IMG/VR virus record: IMGVR_UViG_3300021197_001279
Span: 22,005-86,004 of that record
Source of the DNA: a virus
Direction: 5' to 3' (one strand)
Length of the DNA stretch: 64,000 bases
The position numbers were made by a program, and so were the translations under genes. The notes below the pieces were generated by a model that did no database searches, was not told the DNA's origin, and worked only from the letters and a program-made list of their open reading frames with translations. Shown here one piece after another: positions 55,801-64,000 of this stretch (positions within the stretch are counted from its first letter, which is position 1; each line of letters starts with the position of its first letter).

Positions 55801-58800
55801 TCGCCATAGAATCCCTTTTCCAAGGTGCTAAAGAAATCATTTATCAGTCCTTTCTTTTGTTGGCGACTCTCTGGTGTCTCAAGAGTAAGTGCGCTTTTAT
55901 TTACAGAACATGTTGGGTCAGCACGGGACATCAGATCATCAATTGCTTGATCCATTAGGCCTTGTGGGCCTTCTTGCATAATCTTCGCAATGTCCCCTAG
56001 ATCATCAAGAACCCTGTCGTTTGCCTTATTGATTAGGTCACGGGCAGTCTCTTCGTCCAAGCCATTATCTGTCAGTAGGCGCTCACGATCTCTGTTCCAT
56101 TGGTCTAACTCGTCCTGGCTTAAACAGATTGAGTCATAGATAGGGCCATCAGGAACTGTGTTTACCTGGTCGATTAATTCTGCCATCAGTTCTGGTGGAC
56201 ACAGAGAACCCGCCTGTTGATAGAATTGCTCAACATCTTCGGGTCTTCCCATTACACCACTATAGTCTGGGCAGAAAGTGTTCACAGCAGCTGCGATTCT
56301 TGCTGATGCATTAGGGCTTCCTTGTCCTGCTAATAGTTGGACGTTTTCTTTCCTAGATGACACAGAGTTGATTGTTCGATACAGGCAACCAATGTCACCG
56401 CCGAAGCCACCAACACCGCCAAAAATACCATCCTTAGTGGCAGCAAGATCATTGTCGTCGCCATCAGGGCAAAAGGCGTCTTTAAATGCCTGATCTAGGC
56501 CATTACCTCCACCACTCAATTCATCAGCAACAAACGCACCAAGCGCATTAATTGAATCACACAGGGCAGAATCAACTGTCTCTAACAACTTGAACAGCAT
56601 ACTAACCATCACTTTTGCCATGGTTTGGCTAAACTTTTGTATGAAGATGTTTGATAAAGTAGTGAGCAAAGAACTATCAAAAAAGTTAGGTACCTTAGGT
56701 ATCTCTGGCATTGTCAGGCCATTCCTAAGATCACCGCAAACATCAAGAGTTAGGGTGCTTAAAAAGCTGTCAAAAGAAGGGTCTGCTGGTGATTGCGAAG
56801 CACACTGGACAGAGGCTATTAATCTTGGCAGCAATTCACTTACAAGAGGAACCCTATCAAGAGTCTGTAGCAATACATCGATCTGTAGGGAGTCCATCAT
56901 GTAGTCAATGTAAGCCGCTGTAATTGTCTTTTGAAGAGACCCAAGTGCATTACCATAAGTACCCGGAGGAGTGTTCTCTGGTGCGTTTGCTTCTCTATTT
57001 GCGGCATCAGACAACATTTCCTTTTCGGCAGCCGGTAGTGCTCTCCACAAAGCAAGTTCTGCACTTCCTGTTTCCAAATCTTTAATCTCTGCCTCAATTG
57101 CTTTGATGTTCTCAAGTTCATTATTTTTAGAAGTCAAGAGAGATTGATAGTCTTGGTTTATGGCGTTTATTCTACCTTGGATGGTATCAACTCGTATTGA
57201 TAATCCCAACTCTTCTGCTTCTACTTGTTCTTTCTCGAGTTTTAGTATTTCTTCAGTGAAAAAGTTAAATTCATTATCGTAGCCATTAATCTCTTCTATA
57301 ATTTCTTGAATCTCGGCTCTTTTTTCTTCTATTAGCTTCTCTACGCTAGCGCCTCCTATCATTTGTGATAGACTGCCATCTTTGTATTTCTGATAAGGGT
57401 TTGAATTTGACATTGAGCCAGGGTCATAACCTGCTTCCCATGGTAATGGTAAATTGCCAAAGTCTCTTTCATACTGCTGACGGATCTTAATTTGGTCCGC
57501 AGGTGGAAGGTTTTCAATGAAAAATCCAAGTACATCAATGTTCATGGACTCAAGCGCAACTCGAACAAGCTTGTCCATAGCATCATCATAGGTGGTGCCT
57601 GACATTAAACAGCGAACAGCACTCATTCCGATGGTCTTAACATTGCAGAGACTCAATACACTTAGGGCATAATTGCTTTGAGAGCCTTGAGGTGAGTCTT
57701 TTAAATTCTGTAACACTGTGCTGTTTGAATTTTTACTGTATGACTTCAAAGTATCTGGTGGTATCAGAGACTTTAGAAGCGTGTCTTGTGCAAAAAACTT
57801 ATCAAACTGTGTCTGGTACGCTACTTCATTGACTTTATCCGCAGTATCAAAAAAGCTTAAGGGCTTTGGCTTATCGCCTGGTCTTGAACAAGAGACATTG
57901 TTGAATTCGTATTCTAATGCCTTCATTAAATCAACGGAATCATTTAAGATAGTGTCTCGCAACTCAACAGCATAATCAATTGCATTGTTGGCAATGCAAC
58001 TTCCAAAATTTTGCTCAACACTCTCGTTACTAAGTTTTCCATAGATAACGGAAAGTTGTGGATAGGTGTATGCTACAAGAAAATCAAGCCACGGATAAGA
58101 CTGTGATGCACGTAAGGACATGTCGATCTTCTTTAGATTTGCGACATAATGCATTGTAGTTGGGTGTTCATCACACCACTCCTTGAAAGCATCAAAGCCG
58201 TTAGTTAATTTACGATATCCACAACCATCAACCTCTACCTTAATTGCCTTAAGTTTGTAAATTTCTCCATCTTTAAACTCTAGCTTGACTTTTCTAACAA
58301 GATTTCCAAAGCCGCTAAGGAGACTGCTAAGTTTATACCCATTAGCCTCAATGATTTGCTGGATTTTATCTTTAAACTGGTCTATTTTTGATTTCTGAAC
58401 CGATGCATAGTAATCAACCTTCTGCGTGTCCTCAGCGCTAAGAGGTTCCACGTCTTGAGTGTCAGAAAAAATTAGATAACCATCTTGGTTGCGCCAGAAG
58501 AGCGATTGGTATGCAGCATAAATACCAAGTGTTGTTGAAAGCCTTGTCAATTGAGGCCCAAGGTCCTCGGACAAAAACTCAACAAAATCAATAGAACGTA
58601 ATTCCGAAACAGTATCGGTAGCGCCGCTTAATTCAATGCTGGGCTTGTTTGGGACTTGATCAAAAACAAAAGCTGGAACTGTAACCTTAACCTTGAGATA
58701 GTTTTCAAACGGGTCAATGTCAAAATCACTAACCACCGCATACAACTCTAGGGCGTAAGGGTTTGTAATCTCGGGATACTGACCTGTTGCAAACTTGGCT

Positions 58801-59381
58801 GCATCAAACACTTCAAAACTATTACCATCCTCGGTTGTCCTGTTCTCTCCTGCATTAGTTGAGTTGGTTGCATCCACTATCACTCTATCAATAGGCGGAC
58901 ATGAATTTCTCTGTGACAGTGGGGCATCCGATAAATCAACCTCATTGACACCTTCAAGAGTTTTTTGATAAGCTAAACTGTAGTTGTTCTGAAGATCAAG
59001 TAATTCTTCTGTTGCCAGCCCTTCAAGCTTAAGGCCAGGGAACGAAGCGCAAATAATTGCATCAGCCTCAAGCTTACCAAACTCTCGCAACATTAAACGC
59101 AAAGCAGGCTCGATGTATTGCCTCAAAGCGACTTCGCGACCTCTTGGTGGGTTTCTAAACTCTGCACCAGTAAGGTAATCACCATTTCTATCTAAACTAA
59201 CAACGCAAGTGTACTCACAAGTTTTCTCGTTTAGATAAGGTCTGTTAACAGTGTTTCTCCAGTCTGGCTCAATGTAGTCTGGGTTTGTAATACAAGTCGG
59301 GCAAATCTTTTTTATCGGCGGTGGTGCAGGAACATCATCGCAAACATCTTTTTGGAATTTTGAGAAATCTTTTTCGGCCAT
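52890..59381 (-). CDS. Very large acidic, helical, Cys-rich virion protein (2163 aa), function unknown
   Basis: Between the spike and gp25 genes; central coiled coil; one hydrophobic segment; about 28 Cys by eye. Confidence 0.55.
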   Translation of the reverse strand: MAEKDFSKFQKDVCDDVPAPPPIKKICPTCITNPDYIEPDWRNTVNRPYLNEKTCEYTCVVSLDRNGDYLTGAEFRNPPRGREVALRQYIEPALRLMLREFGKLEADAIICASFPGLKLEGLATEELLDLQNNYSLAYQKTLEGVNEVDLSDAPLSQRNSCPPIDRVIVDATNSTNAGENRTTEDGNSFEVFDAAKFATGQYPEITNPYALELYAVVSDFDIDPFENYLKVKVTVPAFVFDQVPNKPSIELSGATDTVSELRSIDFVEFLSEDLGPQLTRLSTTLGIYAAYQSLFWRNQDGYLIFSDTQDVEPLSAEDTQKVDYYASVQKSKIDQFKDKIQQIIEANGYKLSSLLSGFGNLVRKVKLEFKDGEIYKLKAIKVEVDGCGYRKLTNGFDAFKEWCDEHPTTMHYVANLKKIDMSLRASQSYPWLDFLVAYTYPQLSVIYGKLSNESVEQNFGSCIANNAIDYAVELRDTILNDSVDLMKALEYEFNNVSCSRPGDKPKPLSFFDTADKVNEVAYQTQFDKFFAQDTLLKSLIPPDTLKSYSKNSNSTVLQNLKDSPQGSQSNYALSVLSLCNVKTIGMSAVRCLMSGTTYDDAMDKLVRVALESMNIDVLGFFIENLPPADQIKIRQQYERDFGNLPLPWEAGYDPGSMSNSNPYQKYKDGSLSQMIGGASVEKLIEEKRAEIQEIIEEINGYDNEFNFFTEEILKLEKEQVEAEELGLSIRVDTIQGRINAINQDYQSLLTSKNNELENIKAIEAEIKDLETGSAELALWRALPAAEKEMLSDAANREANAPENTPPGTYGNALGSLQKTITAAYIDYMMDSLQIDVLLQTLDRVPLVSELLPRLIASVQCASQSPADPSFDSFLSTLTLDVCGDLRNGLTMPEIPKVPNFFDSSLLTTLSNIFIQKFSQTMAKVMVSMLFKLLETVDSALCDSINALGAFVADELSGGGNGLDQAFKDAFCPDGDDNDLAATKDGIFGGVGGFGGDIGCLYRTINSVSSRKENVQLLAGQGSPNASARIAAAVNTFCPDYSGVMGRPEDVEQFYQQAGSLCPPELMAELIDQVNTVPDGPIYDSICLSQDELDQWNRDRERLLTDNGLDEETARDLINKANDRVLDDLGDIAKIMQEGPQGLMDQAIDDLMSRADPTCSVNKSALTLETPESRQQKKGLINDFFSTLEKGFYGDLIGDFTSVLVSILRDTADNSLKLHELFANTPILFPNYVNSDEDWQFRKENGSILYANDFIMSEPDKAKGQFPDTVGIHLRKQMESNVPAPKLADDGRMVIDSSFTNAAGDEDADYTLRMIISRRGRLGNQFNVNTTETFLSFRPDQDLGDLFSNAPVVDKDDLVYFKPFTHDESFLEGIEFPLADQPKAYVQVFENLLKRALDRPVEIDNVESENVYEAINQEIFEFVKSSVLNDPEGNLPVGYKFGYDIDQKIEFKDLIYVNPDANPDNPGTWEYTFEEEDRKLGKSATENPRVHFLDPALHGGSFKRPKIYIEPATYNGWLGLVRTFIPEISSCDEDTTNFLDLAQVTNRVKQIEDNLPFDKRLELSPECRVELPFDRQFSPINHGLMDGVVISTVRVYVTEFILKTLPAFGSIEMTDRNIEDMFVDVLVNEMQEGLVDQTKLFNVIQGYTYWLLFLEQAVQAVERMVLDGMIEMTPALREAKEEIDRFKSEFKSVTQDFEQAANDIATGSAIIAYGENWQEEANNPLKLSLTAVAGIWTGLGVIALTPFRLGLANKINTIWKARDAAKIFLREIVKTEMTILSNKLNFNMRPRPHVYDINKYLLSRNGIVRGSTLRAGESRIEAPVAGGASGLEYGSIFDVPRNVLEENVFDNLEMTSEEFQDLNKKGVFYLERYVRATDKDGAEQVYNIREFQELLSDRAVYDESLKLSDYFGNLDLISDDRILVGSLGVQFGVRLMYCPPSAFSYDLTDLNAETNRAFFHKPASILIEGEEEPRPWALTSRTIPIASFEQDVFDKKIKEINYEDENMGEELKCYIDKLVQTEEYQVLIDYCFPLKSYVSVFGIYSYYGFFESIGRDPSEKNDAGLLGLGLGADLWKGFVFNDSKDIARKLFNSVYRSDDDDPQDSQERSRDSSRKFLENIAPQLYLNLDSSISWWQRRRIVSEKPFDADGKDCKNAFQSLFDKD

Positions 59382-59382
59382 G

Positions 59383-60402
59383 TTATTTTCCTATGAATAC
59401 TGTTGTACTGCAAATGTCGTTAGTGCCATTTAGAATGGTTGAGTTATCATCACCAGCGATACCAAGAGAGTTTAGTTCATCAACATAAGAATTGAAATTA
59501 TTCTGTATGTTTCCTAGCGTATCTTTAAAGTATTTAGGTAAATCTTGAATTGCTTGTGGTACAGCTGCACTTGGGTCCGGTGCCACAACGACAACCCCCA
59601 CGCCTCCACCTTGGTGAAAGTGCCTAGCGAAAGCAACCTCAACCTGTATCAGCTTTGTCTCAAGCTGTTGGTGCTTTGATAACAACTTCGCAATCTGCTC
59701 TCGCATTGATTTAAGATAATTCTTTAAGGCTGTGCCACGAACTGCCGGTTCGTAATCATCACTGGTTGTGCTTCCAAGAATAATCCTTGGCTTTTGAGAA
59801 TGTTGCCCGGTCGCTAGCAAGTCTGCTTTTCCTTTGGGAGCAAAATTCCCTGGACCAACCAAGAGCCTTACTTCTTCTCGACCAATTACGTAAGTATGGT
59901 CAGCTTTAATTCCAATACCGGACTTCATTGCTGATGAGATACTTGGGGTTGGGGATGAAAGACCAAAGTAATGATCAATTGCGCCACGCTCAGTGAGGTA
60001 AATTCTAGCACCGTCAGAGGCGAAATTTGCTCGCGATTGTATCTCCGAGGTGTAGACGTCGGGTTCATTGCCAAGCGAGCCTACAACGATGTCTATGGCT
60101 TCGCATTGAGTGTTTCCTCCGCCACCAAGACCAGAGTTAATTGGTCCATAGTTGTCTTTTGTGAACAAGATACGGCCACCGGCTGGGTTGCCTTTTAGTC
60201 TTGTTCTGGACAGTACTTTCTCTACCGGCATTTGAGGGCCGAAAAGAGGTAAGTCCTCTCCGTCTTTGGTAAGAAAGATTCCAGGCTTTGCACTAACTTC
60301 AAAGTTATCATAGGCCTGTTGTAGGGATTCTGATAGTTTTCTTCTTTCATCAAATCCTGTTATGTAGGCCGAGCCTAGATTTACAAATTTCTTATTGCTC
60401 AT
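59383..60402 (-). CDS. Baseplate central spike (gp5/gpV C-terminal-like); start revised to MSNKKF
   Basis: AIDIVVG, ARIYL, IGIKADH..VIGRE.VRL beta-helix-like strands; EPAVRGTAL and HFH apex motif; ATGA overlap. Confidence 0.65.
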   Translation of the reverse strand: MSNKKFVNLGSAYITGFDERRKLSESLQQAYDNFEVSAKPGIFLTKDGEDLPLFGPQMPVEKVLSRTRLKGNPAGGRILFTKDNYGPINSGLGGGGNTQCEAIDIVVGSLGNEPDVYTSEIQSRANFASDGARIYLTERGAIDHYFGLSSPTPSISSAMKSGIGIKADHTYVIGREEVRLLVGPGNFAPKGKADLLATGQHSQKPRIILGSTTSDDYEPAVRGTALKNYLKSMREQIAKLLSKHQQLETKLIQVEVAFARHFHQGGGVGVVVVAPDPSAAVPQAIQDLPKYFKDTLGNIQNNFNSYVDELNSLGIAGDDNSTILNGTNDICSTTVFIGK

Positions 60403-61637
60403 GTTATCCCTAATATTTGCTTTACTTTTGCGTTGTTCAAGAAAGTTGTTTTCCATCCGGCAAGTCTTTCTGCAACACCCTCTGGGTATTTGCTATCACC
60501 TTTAGCGGCTGCATTATTTCCAACACCTTGATAATAACTTTCACCTTTTTTAACATTTCTGTCTGGTAAGTCAAATTGGGATGGGTAAGATGCCCATTCC
60601 CGTGCCATTGCTTGAGCAGCAGCGATTGCATCGTCATGTTTGCCAACCATGTACCCATGTAAAGTAGGCTGCTTATTACTAAGAATCAAATAAGCACCCA
60701 TGACATCTTGAATCTCTTTGCCGAAAACTTGATTCTGGTTAATATTTAAGTCTGCTATTACGTTTTGGAACGTCTGGGTACTGTTAACAGAAAAAGATCC
60801 ACCTAGCTGGTATCTTCCAACCGCAAATACTCCAACACCCTTGTTGTTTGCGCTTCTTGAGTTTTGAGATGCTCTAATTTCTGCTATGGTTTTAGTTGAT
60901 AACTTACCAGTGCCGGCACGGTAATCTCCAAATTCTTGAACAACCGTGCTATCACACGTAGTTTTCTCGCCACAATTGTATGCATTGTAAGACTTGGGAC
61001 CTTTGTAGCCTGTCTCGTGTGATGCGATATCATCAAGAAAATCTTTGAGAGCGGGTATGAAATCTTTGTATTCTTGTAGGGTATAAATCTTAAAGCTTTT
61101 CTGTGCAGTGCTTTTCTTTGCTGGTGCGGCATTACCAACTAAAGCTGGTGGTTGGCCCAAGAATGCAGCTTGGGCTGCCTTCCTTTGTTGTTGAACGGTT
61201 CTTTGACCAGGTACTCTTGTTTTTATTTTAGTTGATAAAATTACAGAGCGTTGACCATTTGACTCTTTCATCAAACGACACTCGATTACATCTCCGCTAC
61301 TAGGGATTGTAGTGTTTTCTGGCATCTCGACAACGCACTGTGGATGTAGATTAATAAGTTTGTTAGAAATGTCTGCACAACTTGGCAAGAATGGGTCGGG
61401 GTAGATAAGATTATGTATCCCTATTGGTCTAATCCTAAGCAATACGTAAGTGGTATCGCCAACTTGAACCTTCGTTCCATTGCTGTCTGCCGGTTCGTTA
61501 TCAGATAAAACAATAGCATCAAACACCTGTGGCAGGTTACTGTAAACAGAATCAATGAACGCTTCTTGAAACAAGTCTGCACGACTGCTTAAGCGATCAG
61601 AAAAATTACGTACCTGTTGGGGTGTCAAAATGCTCAT
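60399..61637 (-). CDS. Baseplate hub protein with C-terminal lambda-R-like lysozyme (GH104-type)
   Basis: N-terminal OB-like (P..GDVIEC); FLDDIASHETG...YN...AVGRYQ...QD...AREWASYP. Confidence 0.72.
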   Translation of the reverse strand: MSILTPQQVRNFSDRLSSRADLFQEAFIDSVYSNLPQVFDAIVLSDNEPADSNGTKVQVGDTTYVLLRIRPIGIHNLIYPDPFLPSCADISNKLINLHPQCVVEMPENTTIPSSGDVIECRLMKESNGQRSVILSTKIKTRVPGQRTVQQQRKAAQAAFLGQPPALVGNAAPAKKSTAQKSFKIYTLQEYKDFIPALKDFLDDIASHETGYKGPKSYNAYNCGEKTTCDSTVVQEFGDYRAGTGKLSTKTIAEIRASQNSRSANNKGVGVFAVGRYQLGGSFSVNSTQTFQNVIADLNINQNQVFGKEIQDVMGAYLILSNKQPTLHGYMVGKHDDAIAAAQAMAREWASYPSQFDLPDRNVKKGESYYQGVGNNAAAKGDSKYPEGVAERLAGWKTTFLNNAKVKQILGIT

Positions 61638-61930
61638 TTATCTTCTTTCTCGGAATTCTGTATTACGTCAAAAATCCCTGCGAAGTCCTTATCGGTCAAT
61701 TCGTCAGAAGTGCTTTCGCCTTTTTTCATAAGGCCACACAACTTGACCAACTGCTCGTTGGACCTCTGCAGGGTTTCTACGTACTTTGCCAGAACGCCAC
61801 CAATTTGATTGTGTCGGGCCTCATCCACAGAAAGCCACTTGATGGCATCATCAAGCAACTCTCGTGTGATTTGTCGGTCATCTTCAATGTTTTTAATGGC
61901 TTCTTTAATGTGTTTTTCGCTATTACTCAT
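61634..61930 (-). CDS. Small helical hypothetical protein, probably leaderless
   Basis: 98 aa; no SD; CTATTTA ends 5 nt before the ATG. Confidence 0.65.
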   Translation of the reverse strand: MSNSEKHIKEAIKNIEDDRQITRELLDDAIKWLSVDEARHNQIGGVLAKYVETLQRSNEQLVKLCGLMKKGESTSDELTDKDFAGIFDVIQNSEKEDK

Positions 61931-61935
61931 ACATT

Positions 61936-61942
61936 TAAATAG
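61936..61942 (-). promoter_or_regulatory. Putative late promoter CTATTTA opening the baseplate block
   Basis: In the 19-nt gap after the sigma factor stop codon. Confidence 0.65.
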
Positions 61943-61949
61943 GTTTCAG

Positions 61950-62651
61950 TTAGATTTTACCGTCATCCCAGTCCACCTTGAACTCCCTGTATCTCTCCCT
62001 CATTTTATTGAGTTGAGTCACAATTTGCTTGGTGTTCATACCCGTGATTTCTCGTAGGTAAAGATAAATTGCTTTCTTGTTAAAGATGTCTATTTCTTCA
62101 ACAGATGACAAAACAATTTTTACGGCCTCATAAACTTTCCGCTCTTGTTCTTTATCAAAGTCAGAATCCCAAGTATCAATCTCTACCCATAGGTTGTTCC
62201 AAAACTCAGTGTTTATGGACTCCTTGATGAATTGATCTCCTGGGTCAACAAAGTTGGTTTGAAGTTCCAACTCTGCTTCTTCATAAGGCACTTCACGTTG
62301 TAGACGTTTGGTGTTCTTTTTTACCTTGTGAATAAACCAGTTTTTTGTGATAACTGAAAAGTACGAGAACGCTTTTGAGCCTCTGTTCGGATCGTACTTG
62401 TCTAAAATTGTTGTTAACCATACCTTGCACTCCATTCTTAGTTCGTCAATGTTTGGGAGAGAGGTAAACTTGTACGCGAATACAATTTTATCAACCATTT
62501 CGTTAAAAGCTGGTTGAATCCAGTCTCCATATAATACTTCTTTCTCTGCTCGGTCTTCAGAGACACAATACTTAAGTATTGCGTTCTCGTGATCCTGCGT
62601 AAAATACATTCTCCCCATAGGGTTTTTGCTCCTGGATTTCTTTTTCTTCAC
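61950..62651 (-). CDS. Phage sigma factor for late transcription (gp55-like)
   Basis: Region 2 motif LDKYDPNRGSKAFSYFSVITKNWF; C-terminal helix-turn-helix-like LREITGMNTKQIV; GAGGAG SD before GTG. Confidence 0.78.
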   Translation of the reverse strand: MKKKKSRSKNPMGRMYFTQDHENAILKYCVSEDRAEKEVLYGDWIQPAFNEMVDKIVFAYKFTSLPNIDELRMECKVWLTTILDKYDPNRGSKAFSYFSVITKNWFIHKVKKNTKRLQREVPYEEAELELQTNFVDPGDQFIKESINTEFWNNLWVEIDTWDSDFDKEQERKVYEAVKIVLSSVEEIDIFNKKAIYLYLREITGMNTKQIVTQLNKMRERYREFKVDWDDGKI

Positions 62652-62967
62652 GATCAGACTCCTCGGAATATTCGATCTCTAAAGCATCTGTCAATGATGA
62701 TACGTCCGCATACTCTTCTTCCAAAATGTCGAGAAGAGAACGCGTATGGGCGAAAAGGTGTTGGATGTTTTCGTCCCCATAATACGTATCAAGTTGATAG
62801 ATAGCCTTAAGATGATCACGATAATTAGCAACTAGTTCAACTAAATCCCCTATGTTTTGAGAAACATAGGTAATTCTTGTTGATTGCTCTCGTGAAAACC
62901 AGATCAAAAACCCATTAAGAATGAGTGAGATTATTAATGCAAATATGAGCCATAGTTCTAGTGTCAT
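62572..62967 (-). CDS. Membrane-anchored hypothetical protein (start revised to MTLELW)
   Basis: N-terminal TM segment, then helical domain (YQLDTYYGDENIQHL); ATGA overlap. Confidence 0.6.
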   Translation of the reverse strand: MTLELWLIFALIISLILNGFLIWFSREQSTRITYVSQNIGDLVELVANYRDHLKAIYQLDTYYGDENIQHLFAHTRSLLDILEEEYADVSSLTDALEIEYSEESDREEKEIQEQKPYGENVFYAGSRERNT

Positions 62968-63227
62968 GTGTTTGGTTCCCAATTGTTATTGCGTGCCTTC
63001 TTCTTTGCTTCGTCAAGAATCGCTCTATTTTCCTCTATAGCGTTCTTAACTTCGTCCCCTACCTTACCACTCTCCGTCTTAGTTTCGCGACGAATAAAGG
63101 GCATTTCAGGTACTCTATGGATAGTTTCCAATCCACATTGAAGACACTCATTGTGCTCCTCGCTCATACCATGATAAATATAGTATCCAGTATCACAAGT
63201 TTTGCACATGTAGTGATACTTTGGCAT
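62964..63227 (-). CDS. FmdB-family zinc ribbon protein
   Basis: MPKYHYMCKTC...HGMSE...CLQCG...RV. Confidence 0.78.
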   Translation of the reverse strand: MPKYHYMCKTCDTGYYIYHGMSEEHNECLQCGLETIHRVPEMPFIRRETKTESGKVGDEVKNAIEENRAILDEAKKKARNNNWEPNT

Positions 63228-63433
63228 CACTCATCCCCGGTGAGGATAGTCGGCGTTGCTTTGGCTTGAGGAGCCTTCACGGTGGGCGGGTTAACGATTA
63301 CAAGTTCTCCTGTGTCGTCCACCTGCACGCTGAACCCTCGAAGAACCGGAGTGATGTCCGATTGTTCCATGAGGGATTTTTGAAGCGCCATCATAATTGC
63401 TCCGACGGCTTGATTTGATAATTTATGGTTCAT
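63227..63433 (-). CDS. Small hypothetical protein (start revised to MNHKLS)
   Basis: AAGGAG SD; TGATG overlap downstream. Confidence 0.6.
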   Translation of the reverse strand: MNHKLSNQAVGAIMMALQKSLMEQSDITPVLRGFSVQVDDTGELVIVNPPTVKAPQAKATPTILTGDE

Positions 63434-63447
63434 TTTTTCTCCTTGGT

Positions 63448-64000
63448 TTACCATTTAAAGTTTTTTAAGTAATACTTCACGATCTTCTGAAGTTCTTCGT
63501 CAAATTGTCTTTCGGGTTTCCACCCTAACGATCTTAGTTTGTCATCATTCAATGCATACCTAACGTCTTGGCCGGGTCTTTTAAAAGTTAGATCTAAATA
63601 ATCTTCAACAGGATCTTCCTTTTCGAGATATTGTCCTGTATGATACTTAAAGGAATTAATTACCTTAACTGCTGTTGTTAAATTCTTTTGTTCAAAACCG
63701 CCGGCTACGTTATAAATTTCGTTAGTAGAGCCAGACTCTATGATTGTTATAGCAGCTTTGGCCGTGTCATCTGCGTGAAGCCAGTTTCTAATCGGCTCAC
63801 CCTCATCATGTAATCTAATTTTCTTGCCTCTTTGAAGATGCTTAACGCAAATTGGTATTAGCTTTTCAGGATATTGACCAACTCCATAATTGTTTGTAGG
63901 TCGCAAAATTAAATACTTAATAACGTATGTCCTTGCCCAAGCAAAAATTAACATTTCAGCTGCTGCTTTTGATGCAGAATAGGGGTTGGAAGGCTTTAAA
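63448..64000 (-). CDS. rmlB: dTDP-glucose 4,6-dehydratase (extended SDR), 3' part; 5' end outside the window
   Basis: Frame is open to the edge: LKPSNPYSASKAAAEML (YxxxK), RPTNNYG..QYPEKLIP, RNWLHADD, RPGQDVRYALNDDKLRSLGW. Confidence 0.85.
   Translation of the reverse strand, partial: LKPSNPYSASKAAAEMLIFAWARTYVIKYLILRPTNNYGVGQYPEKLIPICVKHLQRGKKIRLHDEGEPIRNWLHADDTAKAAITIIESGSTNEIYNVAGGFEQKNLTTAVKVINSFKYHTGQYLEKEDPVEDYLDLTFKRPGQDVRYALNDDKLRSLGWKPERQFDEELQKIVKYYLKNFKW

Noticed and set aside
239-63418. The many + strand and alternate-frame ORFs of 60-130 aa in the supplied track
   Set aside because: They are shadows of long - strand genes with biased codon usage; I recognised no motifs in them
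1-64000. CRISPR array, integrase/transposase, intron/intein or stop-codon reassignment
   Set aside because: No spaced repeats or mobile-element motifs were seen; terminase, portal and primase are uninterrupted; coding density is high under the standard code with all three stops used

Overview
This is a 64-kb segment of a large tailed phage genome (T4-superfamily-like myovirus architecture; the host cannot be determined from the sequence). Almost every gene lies on the - strand. In transcription order (right to left) the window contains: (1) a partial dTDP-glucose 4,6-dehydratase, an FmdB-type zinc ribbon and a gp55-like late sigma factor; (2) a ~32-kb baseplate/tail block with a lysozyme-bearing and a spike gp5-like gene, a 2163-aa Cys-rich protein, gp25- and gp6-like wedge genes, and LamG- and DNRLRE-domain proteins; (3) an early island with sigma70-type promoters (RuvC-like, primase, tRNA-Leu(UAA), thioredoxin, fused Mre11-Rad50); (4) a probable lysis trio; (5) terminase, portal, prohead protease and ribosomal protein bS21; (6) fibre/decoration genes, the scaffold and the first codons of the probable major capsid gene. 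Signals not in the ORF track: a late-promoter motif CTATTTA; a terminator that contains that promoter; the only credible + strand gene (55 aa, two TM segments, own late promoter); a 19-aa CC micropeptide followed by a terminator; a 41-nt pure A/T tract; a shared N-terminal head-targeting-like motif; and strong over-use of [S/T]-[G/A/S]-S in surface virion proteins, which together with the sugar-nucleotide gene suggests virion glycosylation. All family calls come from motif recognition by eye; no database search was run.
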